A stretch of 64,000 bases of DNA. Source: Octopus vulgaris. Taxonomy: Eukaryota. The notes beneath the pieces were generated by a model that was not told the DNA's origin, searched no databases, and saw only the letters and a list, made by a program, of their open reading frames with translations. Shown one piece after another: positions 1 to 14,264 of this stretch (position 1 is its first letter; every line of letters starts with the position of its first letter). The position numbers were made by a program, and so were the translations under genes. The stretch lies in NCBI GenBank assembly GCA_951406725.2, contig OX597828.1:12028001-12092000 (forward strand), written 5' to 3'.

Positions 1-39
1 TTCAGTCATTTGACTGCGGCAATGCTGGAGCATACCGCG

Positions 40-2046
40 GAAGTCAGGAAGCAAGAGTAACGACAGTAAAATGGCGGCAGAGAAGAATCGAGTTATGAAA
101 TAGAAACCTTTATCAGGTCGATTACATGAACATTTTGGATTTAAATTGTTAGCTAACGGTAATATCAAAATTCCTGATAACGTTTATTGCGACTAATCGT
201 TCGCATATCATGGACCTAACACATCGCTTACTTACCACCTTCAAAACAAACACGTGCTACAATGTTCGAAACCTCATCTCGCAAAGTCAGCTTCATTTAG
301 TCAGTCTACAGCGGCGGTGTCATCTACCTCCAAGCAGACTCTTTTGAGTCAGTTTTATCTTCGGTCTGATCATCTGGTGAGTGCGACATTAAAAAATCAC
401 TTGCAAACTGGGTAGCTAATAATGGTAGACCAACATCGATAGTAGAAGATGATGGTCGTCAGCAAGTATTACATGTAGCACTTCAAAATACCGAATGTAA
501 ACTACATTGTCGGCGCACTATTGATAGAATGTTGCCTGATATTTATAATAGCAAAAGAGAGTGATTTAGAAGTAGTGAAAAATTCAACGGCAATTGCGCT
601 ATCATCTGGTTTTTGGACATCTCTAGGTAATGAAAGTCATTGCGGATTCACCGGCCATTGGATTGCTGGTGAATGGAATTTAATAAGTGCTATTCTTGAA
701 TGTGTGCATGTTGTTGAACGTCACTATTCTAACAATGCTTCTGAGTTAAATTAACAATTTGTAAAAGACTGGAATACAACAAAGAAGATCCAAGTTCTAG
801 TAACAGACAATGCACTAAATTTGGTTTCAGCTGCTAATTGAACTGGTTTGCTCATATTCCGTGTTTGGATCATAGCCTGCAGTTGATCATATTGCATGAA
901 TTTAAAGTCACAAATACAGAAACATTATTGGTTAAATGTCGAAAAATCCAAGGACATTTTAAACATAGCCATATCCACACAAATGAATTGCAGAATTGTA
1001 GTGATTCGCCTTTGTGCAAGCTACAGCAAGATGCTCCAGGAAGATGGAATAGTATTTTCTAATGCTGCAGAGTCTGCTGCAGGTCAGAGAAGCAATAACC
1101 ACCTACATGTCAGACGAAGAGAAGCAGTATAAAGGTCCAAAACTGTTCGATTCTGATTGGGAAAAGATTTCAGAATACATCAACGTTTTAGACTTATTCT
1201 GTCAGGATATAGTCCTGCTTGGCAGTGCAAAATATGTGTTGTGTAGCTGTGTATTGCCTTTGACACAGCACATAACTGTAAATGATGATGATCCAGGTCA
1301 TGTAGCCAGATTCAAGGCGGCATCAGTTAATGACTTCAGCAAACGTGTAGCTGATATGAAAAGTATTGAAATATTACAGAGTGCAACAGCACTTGATCCA
1401 CGATATAAAAACTTGAAGTGTTTATCAGACTATTCAAAAGAACAAACTGGGTCACTAATAGGACAACAAATAGCAGTTGATGTTAATGCTGACAGGTTGC
1501 ACAAGATGATACTGACAGAGTTAATAAAACTATATGTGAACATAATGAAAGGCGCATTAAGCTGATGGAGTCTGACTCAGACTTAGAAGAGGGTGTCGAA
1601 AACGCTTCTGATGAAGTACAGCGATATAAAATGGAGAAAAAAGTTGCTGAATCAGTTGATCCAATAAAATGGTGGAAACTTAATGAACATCGGTATCCGA
1701 AATTGGCATTTTTTGCCAAGACTTTTCTGTGCATACCAGCTACTGCAGTTCCGTGTGAACGATTATTTAGCTCTTCTGGTTAAATTGTTAAAAAGACGCG
1801 CTCATTACTTGAAGAAAATACTGTTAACATGCTTGTGTGTTTGCGTAATTAGTTAACCAACAGCATTTGAGTGAGAAAATGCCTATGCTATTTCTTGCTT
1901 TTAACTGAATTTCAATTGAAATATCATAAACTTGTTAATAAAAGCAACTGCAGACATTTTTGTGTTTTAATCGAAATTACCTATTATTTAATCATTACTT
2001 TCTCAAAAGTTAATTATTAAAATTAAATTAAGCATTCCCAGCCCTG
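40..2046 (+). mobile_element. hAT DNA transposon, left end missing
   Basis: Contains the transposase pseudogene and ends in ...cattcccagccctg, a CAGGG-type hAT terminus on the reverse strand. No matching left TIR is visible. It is flanked by two halves of a minus-strand SINE. Confidence 0.7.
71..1870 (+). pseudogene. Degenerate hAT transposase (ZBED1/Ac-like)
   Basis: Motifs appear in order across frameshifts and stops: BED-finger remnant (HFGF...VYC...NTSLTYHLQNKH), RPTSIVEDDG, FWTS, VTDNA, CLDHSLQL (CxxH), RWNS, LDPRYK, and the C-terminal dimerisation motif WWK...IPATAVPCERLFSSSG. Confidence 0.92.
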
Positions 2047-2220
2047 ATATATATACGACGGTCTTCTTTCAGTGTCCGTCTACCAAATCCACTCACAAGG
2101 CTTTGGTCGGCCCAAGGCTATAGTAGAAGACACTTGCTCAAGATGCCACGCAGTGGGACTGAACCCGGAACCATGTTGTTGGGAAGTAAGCTTCTTACAA
2201 CACAGCCACACTTATGCCTA
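2047..2220 (-). mobile_element. tRNA-derived SINE family A, head part
   Basis: Reverse complement of the copy at 13401-13850. Confidence 0.8.
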
Positions 2221-2343
2221 TAATGAATATTTCAATATCTCAAGAAATAGATACTAAAACATCGTTAATGTAACTCGTGCATGTGATGCGAATTTTCTTT
2301 TTATTTGGGCTGAGTGCGGCGCTTAATACTGCTTTAAAGAATA

Positions 2344-2730
2344 AGGCGGTGAGCTGGCAGAATCGTTAACAGGACGGACAAAGTCCCGAGGTGGACTTTG
2401 CCTTTCATCACTTTCGAGGTCGTTAAAATAAATACCAACTGAGTAATGGGAAACGATGTAATCGACTTCACCCCTCCCTCGATATTGCTGGCTTTGTGCT
2501 AAAATGTGAAACCAATATTAGTCTTGGAATGGCGGCTAGCAGGTAGAATCATTAGTATGCCAGAGAAAATGTTTAACGACATTTCATGCGTCTTTACATT
2601 ATGAGTTCAAATTCCGCTTACGTCGGGGGTCGATAAATTAAGTTCCAGTGAAGTAATGGAGGTCGATGTAATCAACTTAACCCCCTTCCCGACAACTGCT
2701 AGCCTTTTACCAAAATTGGAAACCAGTATT
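2344..2730 (+). mobile_element. Two tandem SINE family B (Meta-domain-like) copies
   Basis: ggcggtgagctggcagaatcgtta...gactttgcctttcatc...gtcgataa..taagtacca core, repeated throughout the window. Confidence 0.75.
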
Positions 2731-3989
2731 TCTTTAAAGGAATCCAATTTTCATTTAGTGTCACGATCCGGTTTCAAAATGGCTTGCTTAGAGGTTACAT
2801 GTTTCGTGCGATTTGCAAACTTCTTCACAACCGGTGCTGGTTTTTTACGTCCCCGTAACTCAGCAGTTCGTCAGAAGCGAATGACAGAATAAGCAGCAGA
2901 ACTTTTTTAAAATAGGTACTGAATTTGTTGGACTAAACAATTCAGGGTGGTGCCCCAGTATGGCCGCAACACAAATACTGAAACAAATAATACATAAAAG
3001 TTAAAGATTTATAAATAATCGCATATAATTATTTCTCCATTTGTTTATTTTGGATGGCAATTTCCGGAAGATTCTAATCATACTAAGCTGACAAGATGCC
3101 AAAATTGTTAAGCACGCCGAGAAAAAAGCATGGCGGCATTTCGTAGTTGGCTACGTTCATATTCCGCCGTAGTCGACTTTGCCTTTCGTACTTCCGGGGT
3201 CGATAAAATAAGTATCAGTTGAACATTGGGGTCGATATAATGGTCTTGCCACAACTCCACCTCAAAATTGATGGCCTTGTGCCAAAATTTAATAGCATTT
3301 TACTTATCACTGGTGACTCTTATGTTTCTATAATGCATAATACATTACATTCAATTAAATAGCGCCAGGTTCGATGAATTTGCTTGAGGAAATGGATCTT
3401 CATCGATTTCGACGATGAGTATTTAGCTTTTTGATCATTCAATCAACTAATCTAGCAGGTCATTGATAGTGTAAGTGGCTGGGTATTCCAAAGAAATTTG
3501 CAGCTACGATTTTTTCTCAGACGAAATCAGTGTCACACAGTGTACCAACTCACCTATCAGGTCCTGGGTTCGATCCAACACTGTGGCATGTTGGGAATGT
3601 ATCTCCCTTCTTTTCACTATAGCTTCGCATCACTCTAAAGCTTGTAAATGAAACTAGGAAGAAGGAAAGTATGCAGACGCCCGTCCAATGGAATATACCT
3701 GTAATCTAAAACTCCAGCCTGGCCACACTTTGACAGGCTGTATCTACATGAGAATCAAGTTAATTACACGTGTGTCTGTGTAAATATCTAGCTACTTAAT
3801 CTGTCGTTCAATCAGCAGGTAATGCCAATTATTAAAGAAGATAAAGAGTCATCAACGCAACTGACGAAGGCCCATCACTTACTATTACATATGTACCTAT
3901 GCATGTTAGTGGGCAAGTAGGTATTGTCAGAAATATATATATATATATATACGTATATATATGCATATTTATATATTTGTCTATATATA

Positions 3990-4190
3990 TTTCTTTACTA
4001 CCCACAAGGGGCTAAACACAGAGGGGACAAACAAGGACAGACAAACGGATTAAGTCGATTACATCGACCCAAGTGCGTAACTGGTACTTAATCTATCGAC
4101 CCCGAAAGGATGAAAGGCAAAGTCGGCCTCAGCGGAATTTGAACTCACAACGTAACGACAGACGAAATACGTGCTAACGTTTCTGCCAGC

Positions 4191-4192
<2 letters not shown>
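3990..4192 (-). mobile_element. SINE family B with Tx1-like 3' tail
   Basis: Meta-like core plus tail tttgtcccctctgtgtttagccccttgtgggtagtaaagaaa on the minus strand. Confidence 0.85.
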
Positions 4193-4193
<1 letters not shown>

Positions 4194-4285
<92 letters not shown>

Positions 4286-4443
4286 TATATATATGTGCGT
4301 GTGTATGTACACCAATATATATGTATGCATATATATAAATATATATATATATATGTATCTATGTATATGTGTATGGACATATATGTATATCTATGTATAC
4401 ATATATATATATATATATATTTGTATATGTTTGTATATGTATA

Positions 4444-4477
<34 letters not shown>
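4194..4477. repeat. (TA)n microsatellite and degenerate derivatives
   Basis: Seen directly. Confidence 0.95.
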
Positions 4478-4480
<3 letters not shown>

Positions 4481-4942
4481 CCTGTGAGCGTCTGTTCGTG
4501 CGTGTGTACGTGTATCCATTATTTGTATGTGTGTCTATGAGTCTAGGTGTGATCGTCTAATATCTTTTTCCTTCCGATAATATATTTTTATTTAAAGAGA
4601 AAAACACAAATTCTACATTTCTCGAAACTTTACATTTAGTTTTTTTTTTATATGTATTCAGCGTTAATGTCGGTTTCTGTAATGTCTGTATTAATGTCAG
4701 TTGCTGCTATGCAGGTGTTGCTGATGGTGGTTTAGTTTTATTGGATATATCCAAGGAATCTTTTCAAGAACTTGTAACATCGCATGAATGGAAACATCTT
4801 AATATAGATTTCATGTGTTGATGTCACTCATTTTATGTGTGTTTGGGAATAGACGTACATTCATAAGCATAGCTGACCCTATATATAGAGACACGTATAG
4901 ATATATACATACATATATATATATATTCATATATATATACAC

Positions 4943-5026
<84 letters not shown>

Positions 5027-5119
5027 ATATGTGTTGTGTGATGTGTTTTGTGTGTATGTTTATATATATTGTATAAAATCATAAATGCACATATTTTTCA
5101 TACACAAACACACAAATAA

Positions 5120-5173
<54 letters not shown>

Positions 5174-5281
5174 AGACATATTCATAAGTATTTATGTATA
5201 TAAGTATATATATACATGTATATATATAAACGTATATATGAGTATATATTATTAAGTATATGTATGTAAATGCATAAAAAA

Positions 5282-5314
<33 letters not shown>

Positions 5315-6054
5315 TGTATATATGTACAAGTCAAAATCAGTTGAAAACAGATAGGTCAACACAGTGAGAATAAAATACGATAAAGACGATATTAGTCTAA
5401 CGTTTGTGATGAGTAATTGAAACGCGTATGGGATTTCTGGACGTTTCGAATATTTGTCTCTTTTCAAAAAGAAAAGATAAAATGCTCAAGAACGAAAGAA
5501 ACAGAGTGTGTGAGAGAGAGTATGAATGAGAGCGCAGAATACATTTTTGAACTATTTGATTGTGGTTCGCTGAAATGCTAAAATTCAGGAGTATGTGGTT
5601 CGATGAGGTGAAATCAGGAAGTGATATGTTGGCTGTTATATATGCAAGACAAATTAAGCAAATATTATTTTCGCGCCAACCTATAATTTGTGAGTGAATT
5701 TCAGGAGACGCCATGTTTGTAGAATGTTGTCGGATGTGATGTATTTGTATTTTAAAAGGCCATTCTTGTCACAATATGCCATGCTAGTTCGAACCGAACA
5801 GTTATGTTAAGACCGCTGCGGTTAATCGATGTGCCTCATAATTTAGTTGATCGAGAAATTGAAAATTCATGATCGAATATCTTAACCGATATTCATGGGA
5901 AACTGCATATGTTTATATGTGTATGTGTGTGTATGCGTGTTTATGTAATATTTATATACATGTGTGTGTATGTGTGTGTGTGTGTGTGTATACACATGTA
6001 TGTATATATAAATACATGTATATATAAATACATGTATATATTCTTTTGTTCGTT

Positions 6055-6370
6055 TATTCTTTTAGTTGTTTCAGCTATTTGATTGTGGCCATCCTGGAGC
6101 ACCGCCTTTAGTCGAAGAAATCGACCGCAGGCCTTATGCTTTGTAAGCCTTGTGCTTATTCTATTGGCCTCTCTTGCCGAACCGCCAAGTTACGGGAACA
6201 TAAACACACCAACATCGGTTGTCAAACGATGGTGGGGAGGGAGCAAATACACTCACACACACATACAGAAATGTATTTATATATATATACGACAGGCTTC
6301 TTTAAGTTTCCGTCTACCAAATCTACTTGCGAGGCCTTGGTCGGCCCGAAGCTATAGTACTAGACACCTG
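6055..6370 (-). mobile_element. SINE family A copy
   Basis: Similar to the reverse complement of 13401-13850. Confidence 0.8.
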
Positions 6371-6700
6371 TGTGTCTAGTACTATAGAGTGTGTGGGTTC
6401 GTGCGTGTGTGTGTGTGCGTGTGTGTGTGTGCGTGTGTGTGTGCGCGTTTGTGTGTGAGTACATGTGCGTATGTATGCATATATGTAATTGTGTATATAT
6501 TTTTGTCCTTGTGTTTTACCCCATTATCAAATGACAGCCATTGTTGGTTTGTTTATATCCTGCAGTTTAACGGTACGGCAAAAAGGCAATAATTAACGGA
6601 TTTTACAAAAGTACTGGGTTTGATTTGTTAGTCTAAAGAATTGAAGGCTGGGCCCCAGCATGCTCCTTGTCCAATAACCGAAAGAAATAAAAGAAAAGAT

Positions 6701-6705
<5 letters not shown>

Positions 6706-6793
<88 letters not shown>
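6706..6793. repeat. (GATA)n microsatellite
   Basis: Seen directly. Confidence 0.97.
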
Positions 6794-7070
6794 TGTTTCT
6801 TTATTAGCCACACAGGGCTGCACACAGACGGGACAGATTACAAAGTAGAGCTTTTCTTTTGGGGGGAGAGAAAAAAAGGGTGGGTTAGGTTTTCGATCAA
6901 AAGGGATCGTAAAAGGGAAAGAAGAAAAAAAGGGGGAAACGATCAATAGGGATCATGTATCACACATTCATGGTGTAAAGGGGGAAGCAGATAAGGTTTA
7001 TCCGTGGGAAGAAAAGCCTACGGAAAAGACCACGGTAAACTCGGTCAATGATGTAACATGTTACCACATT
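6794..7070 (-). mobile_element. 3' UTR fragment of a second L1/Tx1-like LINE family abutting (GATA)n
   Basis: Minus strand ends tttgtaatctgtcccgtctgtgtgcagccctgtgtggctaataaagaaac, similar to the LINE 3' end at 48440-48515, and has a pyrimidine-rich UTR. Confidence 0.6.
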
Positions 7071-7676
7071 TGTTTGCAAGTAGGTAACCCTTTGTAGTAA
7101 GATGTAAGTGTTAGTTAGATTTAGCCCTGTTGAGGGGAATTCAGCAGGAGAATTCAACCCGGAACCTATGGAGATCCAAGAATCCATAAAAGGAACGATC
7201 ATAAGTATCAGTATATTAACCACCATTTAATTAACCTCGTTTTCTGTCATCAGGCCCTGTGTTGAGGCATTTCAAGAAATAGAACGTATTCTCAACCTCA
7301 TAAATAGCAGTCAGCACCAAAATACTATTTAGCTTCTACCACCACTTTACCCTATTAATAAGAATATCTAGTAGAGTTTGTATCTGTATAATTCTTTCTC
7401 CCCCATGGTTTTGGAAAAGTTTATTAAGTTGGAAGAACAATTTATACGTGTAATTTAATTGGATGTATTATATGAAACATATATGAAAACTAATAATAAT
7501 GCTAGTTATACTTATTAAGAAGCTCATCGATTTTTAGTGGAATACTTAACAAGACATGTCATTTGTCACTTTACATCTGTAAACGACTTGTGAATTAGAA
7601 TTTTATATTTACAAAAGCAAAATACACTGTTTTACATAAACATGTTAAGCAAAAAGGAATGGGAGTTCATATAGCA

Positions 7677-8204
7677 CCGTAAATCCTCGAGTATAGTACT
7701 CCCTTGAGTATAATATGCAGGGGATTTTTAGGGGGCGGGGTTGTACCTCTGAAAAACCTAAACCTTGTGTATAATACGCACCAATTCTCTAACTTAAGTC
7801 GTGCGTAATTGAGCCAGCAGCACCTAGTCGAACAAACACTTCTGCGCATGCGTAATACAGTAATGGTGATGTTCTTAACTCTTATATGGGAATGTAAATA
7901 TGTTTGCAAACTGTTTTTGTTACATGTTATTCTGTGTTCTGAATACTTTTATTTTAATAAATGGTGCTTACTGCAAGTTATGGATGACTCTTTTATGACT
8001 TCATAGCTTTCAGGCTTAGCTTAATGTATTTCCCCGCCCGATATCACAAAATGCGTCTGAATAAACATTGCTGGACAGCAAATAGAGACTCGGACATTGC
8101 TTAGAAAATATTTTTTCATTTTTAGCCTCGTATATAGTACGCACTAGGGATTTTGAACTTTAAATTTTGGGAAAAAAATGTGGATTATACTCGAGGATTT
8201 ACGG
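7677..8204. mobile_element. MITE, Tc1/mariner-pogo type
   Basis: Perfect 19-bp TIRs ccgtaaatcctcgagtata (7677-7695) and tatactcgaggatttacgg (8186-8204). TA follows on the right and CA on the left. No coding capacity. Confidence 0.85.
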
Positions 8205-8519
8205 TATTCTTTAAGCATGTTGAGTACTGTTGAGTAGATATGAATTCATATAAAGGCTGAAATGACATTTGCAAAGATATTGCTGAATTTCAAAACAGTT
8301 TTACGTTGCAAACAAAATTAATAGAATATTTTGTTTTTTTGTAGTAATATCAAACCATGGCATAAGATGAACTCAATATTGTAAGCGCAGTATTATAGAA
8401 AAAAATATTCATATATTCTCCAACAGATTGGGACATCATAAGTAAATGCATCTACAAAATGTTGGTGAATATACGGGGTCCATACCAACTTTTAAATACA
8501 ACAAAAATGCAATAGTCAA

Positions 8520-8700
8520 ATGATATTTTTTCCAGGGGTATGTTTTGCAATGCGGAGATTCTGTACATTTTCAGATACGGTCAAAGCATTTGCTGAAAGA
8601 TTAAAAAAAAAACTGAAGCTCGTCAAAAACTTTTTGAGAATCACAATAATAGATGAAAGAGTGAGCAAGCTAAATGTCTTTGATATTGAGAGCGATCATG
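8520..8700 (+). pseudogene. hAT transposase C-terminal fragment (ZMYM1-like subgroup)
   Basis: FPGVCFAMRRFCT..TV..AER..KKLKLVKNFLR....ERVSKL....IE resembles the AERSFSKLKLIKNYLRSTM..ERL..L....IE motif. Confidence 0.65.
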
Positions 8701-8859
8701 AGGGGAAATTTCACATAAGTAATTTAATACGCCCTGATTTAGACACACGGACAACAATTTTGAAGGGTAGAGCTTAATCTACTCCAAAAGGATGACGGCC
8801 GAAGAACTGGAAGAAAAGCGGCTGTACATCCTAGATACCCAACCATAAAACAATAAAAG

Positions 8860-9066
8860 CTGATACAGAATTATATAGGGATGACGGTCTTGAAATGTTA
8901 CGTAACATAAACGGATACTATATAGATATGATAAGGAAAAAATTATGCAAAATATTTAGCCAACTAAATGTAAGAACTACATTTAATACTAACCATAAAG
9001 AAGTCAATTTCTTTGATATTAACATGAACCTTAGTACATGTATATATAAACTCTATCATAAACCCT
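8860..9066 (+). pseudogene. Penelope-like RT fragment
   Basis: LYRDDGL...IRKKLCKIF...VNFFDINMNL....YKLYHKP matches the PLE RT catalytic and thumb region. Confidence 0.75.
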
Positions 9067-9662
9067 TCCTTGTTTTTCTGTTTTGTTGATTTGGTAGTGT
9101 ATTTTCCAAATAAACTAACTTCTCCAAGATTTCCAAATAAAACAAATTCAGTTTGAAGCCTTCTTATAGAAATAAGTGGGCCAGTCGATGTCTCTTCTCT
9201 GAGAGTAGACTGGAAGATATCTTACTTATTTTGGATACCAGATCCCTAATAATGCCATTAGGGCTTTGAGCATCTATATGGATACAACTAGCAAATCGCG
9301 TAAGTTATTTACAACAAAGTTACTGCAAATTCCAAAATATTTCCATTTTTGCGTAAGTTTGAATGGATATGTAAAGATTATACTTCCAGTAGGGTGGTCG
9401 TATCATTTCATTTATACCACCCTGATATGAGTCACGGATTGTAACACTGAGGCAACATATTCCAGCAGAAAAAATAAGGTCAGTAAATATTTAACTAACA
9501 TTCGCGAGCAATAATTTGAAAAACATCATTAGGATAGCTAATGAACAAGAATAGAGATGGGAAATACAGCTGCTACAAGTCTCTAAACAAGGAACATCGG
9601 TCATTCCAACTTAATACTACAATAAAATGTATGCCCCTTTAGTGAGAGAAATTTGTACATAT

Positions 9663-9870
9663 AAGGCGGCGAAATGCTTAACCATATTTCGTCTGCCGTT
9701 ACGTTCTGTGTTCAAATTCCGCCGAGGTGGACTTTGCCTTTCATCCTTTCGGGGTCGATAAATTAAGTACCAGTTATGTATTTGGATCGATGTAATCGAC
9801 TTAATTCCTTTGTCTGTCCTTGTTTGTCCCCTCTATGTTTAGCCCCTTGTGGGCGATAAATGAATAAGAA
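9663..9870 (+). mobile_element. SINE family B with Tx1-like tail
   Basis: Core plus tail ...tttagccccttgtgggcgataaa. Confidence 0.85.
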
Positions 9871-10414
9871 ATTTGTACATATGAACTTGAAACGAAAATC
9901 AGAGACCGTAGAAAGAATAACACACTAAACGCTAAACATGGAAGATCGACAAAGAAATCTTCATCGCATACGTTCTTACGCAAAAGATAAGAAATGTTGG
10001 CACAATGTCAAAGAATGGTGGCTATAACAAAACCTACACCGGAGCTATCAGAAAACATCTCTGACGACATGGAGAGTTTGTCTTCAAGACAGTTTATTCT
10101 TATGAGGAATGAAGTTGAAGCAGCAGCAATATGGAATGGATTGAGAAAGAAAAGTAATTCATAACAAATAAACGAAAACTCTGTGAGACGGATGAATCAA
10201 AATAATATCAGCAGAATCTAAGAAGTAAGAGACCAAACTGAAATTCATCCAACGAGTTATTGTTTTCTGTGATTACAGAAAAACAGCAATGTGTTTTGGA
10301 AATCAGCAACCCACTTGGCCAAATATTGTAAGAAAAGTATAGGAGGGAAAAGACAATGGACCATTTGTGACGAATCTGCAAACCCAGTAGCCAAAGTAAA
10401 CTTTCGGTTCTATA

Positions 10415-10464
<50 letters not shown>

Positions 10465-10475
10465 GATCATCATCA

Positions 10476-10572
<97 letters not shown>

Positions 10573-10584
10573 CATTATTATTAT
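10415..10584. repeat. (TTA)n microsatellite
   Basis: Seen directly. Confidence 0.97.
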
Positions 10585-11142
10585 TGTAGTAACAGGATAG
10601 TTAGCAGCCTGCATGAACCAAATTATGCTTGAAACTCTGTGCTTAGAGAGAGACTATAGTTCCATTATTCATAGGTTACTTAAGGCGTCCAGCAAGCGGA
10701 AGCGTGAGCACGCCAGACAAAATGTTACGCGGCATGTCTTCTGGCTTTGCACTCTGATTTCAAGTATGTCAATTTTGAGTTTGCTTTTTATCATTTCGGG
10801 ATCGATAAAATAAGTACCGGTTGAGTACTGGGGTCGATGTAGCCGACACCAAAATTACAGGCCTGTTTTGCCCGTAGTGGAAAGAGTTATTTATACATAA
10901 CTTGTAAAGATGTACCTCTGATAACAAAACTGTGAGTCCTTCCTCAATTTTACCTGGTGAATGGTGGAGCAATATACTGCAACAGGAACAACATGAATAT
11001 TTTCCATGAAAAAAGTGTATGTCTTTCACGACCTCGACACCGAGTAGAACGCCCATTAGAACAGTCTGCAAAATACGCGGAGTGGAATATATGCAAATTC
11101 AAAGATATATGAATACATACAAACGCACACACACACACGCAA

Positions 11143-11192
<50 letters not shown>

Positions 11193-11249
11193 ACATAAAT
11201 ATAGGGATATGTGTGAGTGTGTGCATGTATATATATACATATATAAAAT

Positions 11250-11470
11250 AAATGCGCCCTTTTAAAGCCTTTCTATGGCGTATGTGTTCCCCAGCTGGAC
11301 GGGACGACAGTCCATCGCAGCGTTACTCATTTTTGCCAGCTGAGTGGACTGGAGCAACGTGAAATGAAGTGTTTTGTTCAAGAACACAACGAGTCGCCCG
11401 GTCCAGGAATCGAAACCACAATCTTACGATCATGATGCTGACACCCTAACGACTAAACCACGCGCCTCCA
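11250..11470 (-). mobile_element. tRNA-derived SINE family D (Nin-domain-like)
   Basis: Minus strand head ggaggcgcgtggtttagtcgttaggg...ggtttcgattcc (A/B boxes), then gtgttcttgaacaaaacacttc...ccactcagctggcaaaaatgagta. Confidence 0.7.
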
Positions 11471-11480
11471 CAAATGTATG

Positions 11481-11925
<445 letters not shown>

Positions 11926-12077
11926 CGGGGTGTTTGTCTCCCCTTCGTATATGTATATAAGGACACAGGGAAAAATGTGCCAAAGCCATCAGGAGGCGTT
12001 CGATGCTTCCTAGGGCTATACAGCGGTGGTGTACCCCCTACTGTCACGTTCTTGTTAGATTGACAGTATACAACCAT

Positions 12078-12110
<33 letters not shown>

Positions 12111-12600
12111 CTTAATAAATAGGGTTCAGCAAAAATTTGCTTTACCACATACCGAAATTTAGAAATAGCAGCCAAAAAACGTTAGCTATTTCTTCTACTT
12201 TAAAAAGGGACTCCCAGTAAAACCAAAATACTTGAAAACAATCACACAGGCAGAGAGGAAAAGTAACGACGAAAATCAATCAATATCTGGTCACCTATGG
12301 ACGCGCGTTTCGAATTAATTGATATTGATTGATTTTCGTTACTTTTCCTCTCTGCCTGTGTGATTGTTTTCAAGTATTTTGGTTTTCTGGGAGTCCCTTT
12401 TTAAAGTAGAAGAAATAGCTAACGTTTTTTGGCTGCTATCTCTAAATTTCGGTATGTGGTAAAGCAAATCTTTGCTGAACCCTATATATTAAATATTACC
12501 TATGTTTACCATGAAATGGTCCTTTTTTCATGCCGGATTCTGCTTGGTGAAATTATTGATTAATTCTTCATTAATTTATTTTACCCTTTGTTATTATTGA
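12111..12600. mobile_element. Fold-back insert in (TA)n, probably a PLE pLTR derivative
   Basis: Inverted arms 12119-12287 and 12321-12485 with few differences. The 33-nt spacer reads GAAAcgcgcGTC on the minus strand, the 3' half of a hammerhead. Confidence 0.7.
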
Positions 12601-12669
12601 TATATATACATATATACATACATATACATACATATATATATATACATATATATATCACCACCACCACTA

Positions 12670-12961
12670 CCATGATCACCATAACCGACCAGGCTATCAG
12701 ATGTTGCTACACATCGCTGGTCACAATGCGCTTCGCATTGTTTTAGCCTTCAAATGACGCCACCCCGCAGGCTAAGCGAGCAGGCCAACAGAAGAAAGAG
12801 TAAGAGAAAGTTGCGGCAAAAAAGTACAGTAGGGATCGCCACCACCCCCTGCCGGAGTCTCGTGGAGCTTTAGGTGTTTTTGCTCAATAAACACTCACAA
12901 CGCCCAGCCTAGGAATCGAAACCGCGATCCTACGACCGCGAGTCCGCTGCCCTAACCACTG
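12670..12961 (-). mobile_element. tRNA-derived SINE family C
   Basis: Minus strand agtggttagggcagcggactcgcggtcgtaggatcgcggtttcgattcc, the same head as 41798-42085. Confidence 0.85.
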
Positions 12962-13400
12962 TATATATATACATGATCGACCAGCACGCGTATATGAATG
13001 TTTATGAGTAGTTTTATGCATGCGCCTCCATTCGTAAATTTGCTATTTGTACTTGTATATTGCAACGATGTTTGTATATTGAGTGTGATACTTCAAAAAG
13101 AGGTCTTTTTCTCTATAAATAAATTCCGTATGTCTGAGCGATAATAATAGTTACGTGTCAAAGCATCGTAGCAGTTTTGAATGAAAAAAGTTTTCTAGTT
13201 TAATTGATATTCTAGTCACAAACACTGTGAAGTAGAGAGAATAAAAGACAATTTATTGCAATTCTTTTATTTCATAGACGGAATGGTAAAAGAAACTTTT
13301 ATAACCATTTTGTTTCATCCATTCGAAAAAGATTTTGAAACACTGACCGTATCAACCACCCTCTACATAGTCGCACTGCATGCTAGAAAAAGTAACCAAA

Positions 13401-13576
13401 TAGGCGCAGGAGTGACTGTGTGGTAAGTAGCTTGCTTACCAACCACATGGTTCCGGGTCCAGCCCCCCTGCGTGACACCTTGGGCAAGTGTCTACTACTA
13501 TTGCCTCAGGCCGACCAAAGCCTTGTGAGTGGATTTGGTAGACGGAAACTGAAATAAGTACGTCGTATATATGTAC

Positions 13577-13621
<45 letters not shown>

Positions 13622-13850
13622 TTTGTGTGGCTGTGTGTGTGTGTATGTTTGTGTGGCTGTGTTTATCCCTACAACATCGCTTGACAACCGATGCTGGTGT
13701 GTTTACGTCCCCGTCATATAGCGGTTCGGCATGAGAGACCGATAGAATAAGGACTAGGCTTACAAAGAATATGTCCTAGGGTCGGTATGTTCGACTAAAG
13801 GCGGTGCTCCAGCATGGCCGCAGTGAAATGGCCGAAACAAATAAAAGTTA
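13401..13850 (+). mobile_element. Full-length SINE family A with internal (TG)n
   Basis: tRNA-like head with A box (tggtaag) and B-box-like ggtccagccc, then ccttgggcaagtg, an internal microsatellite, and a tail ending gaaacaaataaaag. Confidence 0.85.
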
Positions 13851-14264
13851 AAAGACAAATATTCCGCAAATTGCAATTTAATAAATCAAAACCTATTATG
13901 CATCATCTTTTACACTTTACTTATTTCATGGAACTACGGCCACGCTGGGTCACCTCTTGAAAGATTTAGTCTAACAAATCAACGCCAGTACTTATCCTAT
14001 ACCCCGCTTTGCTGAAGCACTGACCTGCAGAAATATAAATATACCCACACTGGTTGACAAGCGACACACACAAACAAATCTCCTCAAATATTTTCATATT
14101 CTTACCTGCTTCGGCTTTTCTTCATGAATATGACGAATCCCCATTGGAAATCACCTTTTCTCTCTTTTTGGATCCCCCAAAAAGTATGAATTGTTCTTTT
14201 TGAAATTACCTTTTCTCATATATGCATATATACATACATACATACACACACACATATATATATA

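Noticed and set aside
4145-5084. YIYIYI, poly-I, poly-N and poly-L ORFs here and throughout the track
   Set aside because: They are translations of (TA)n, (TG)n and (TAA)n microsatellites.
5400-5435. GTGATGAgtaattGAAAcgcGTA hammerhead-like string
   Set aside because: G3 has no compensating C8 and there is no stem I.
9880-10410. Possible R4-like N-terminal remnant before (TTA)n
   Set aside because: Too decayed to recover a diagnostic motif.
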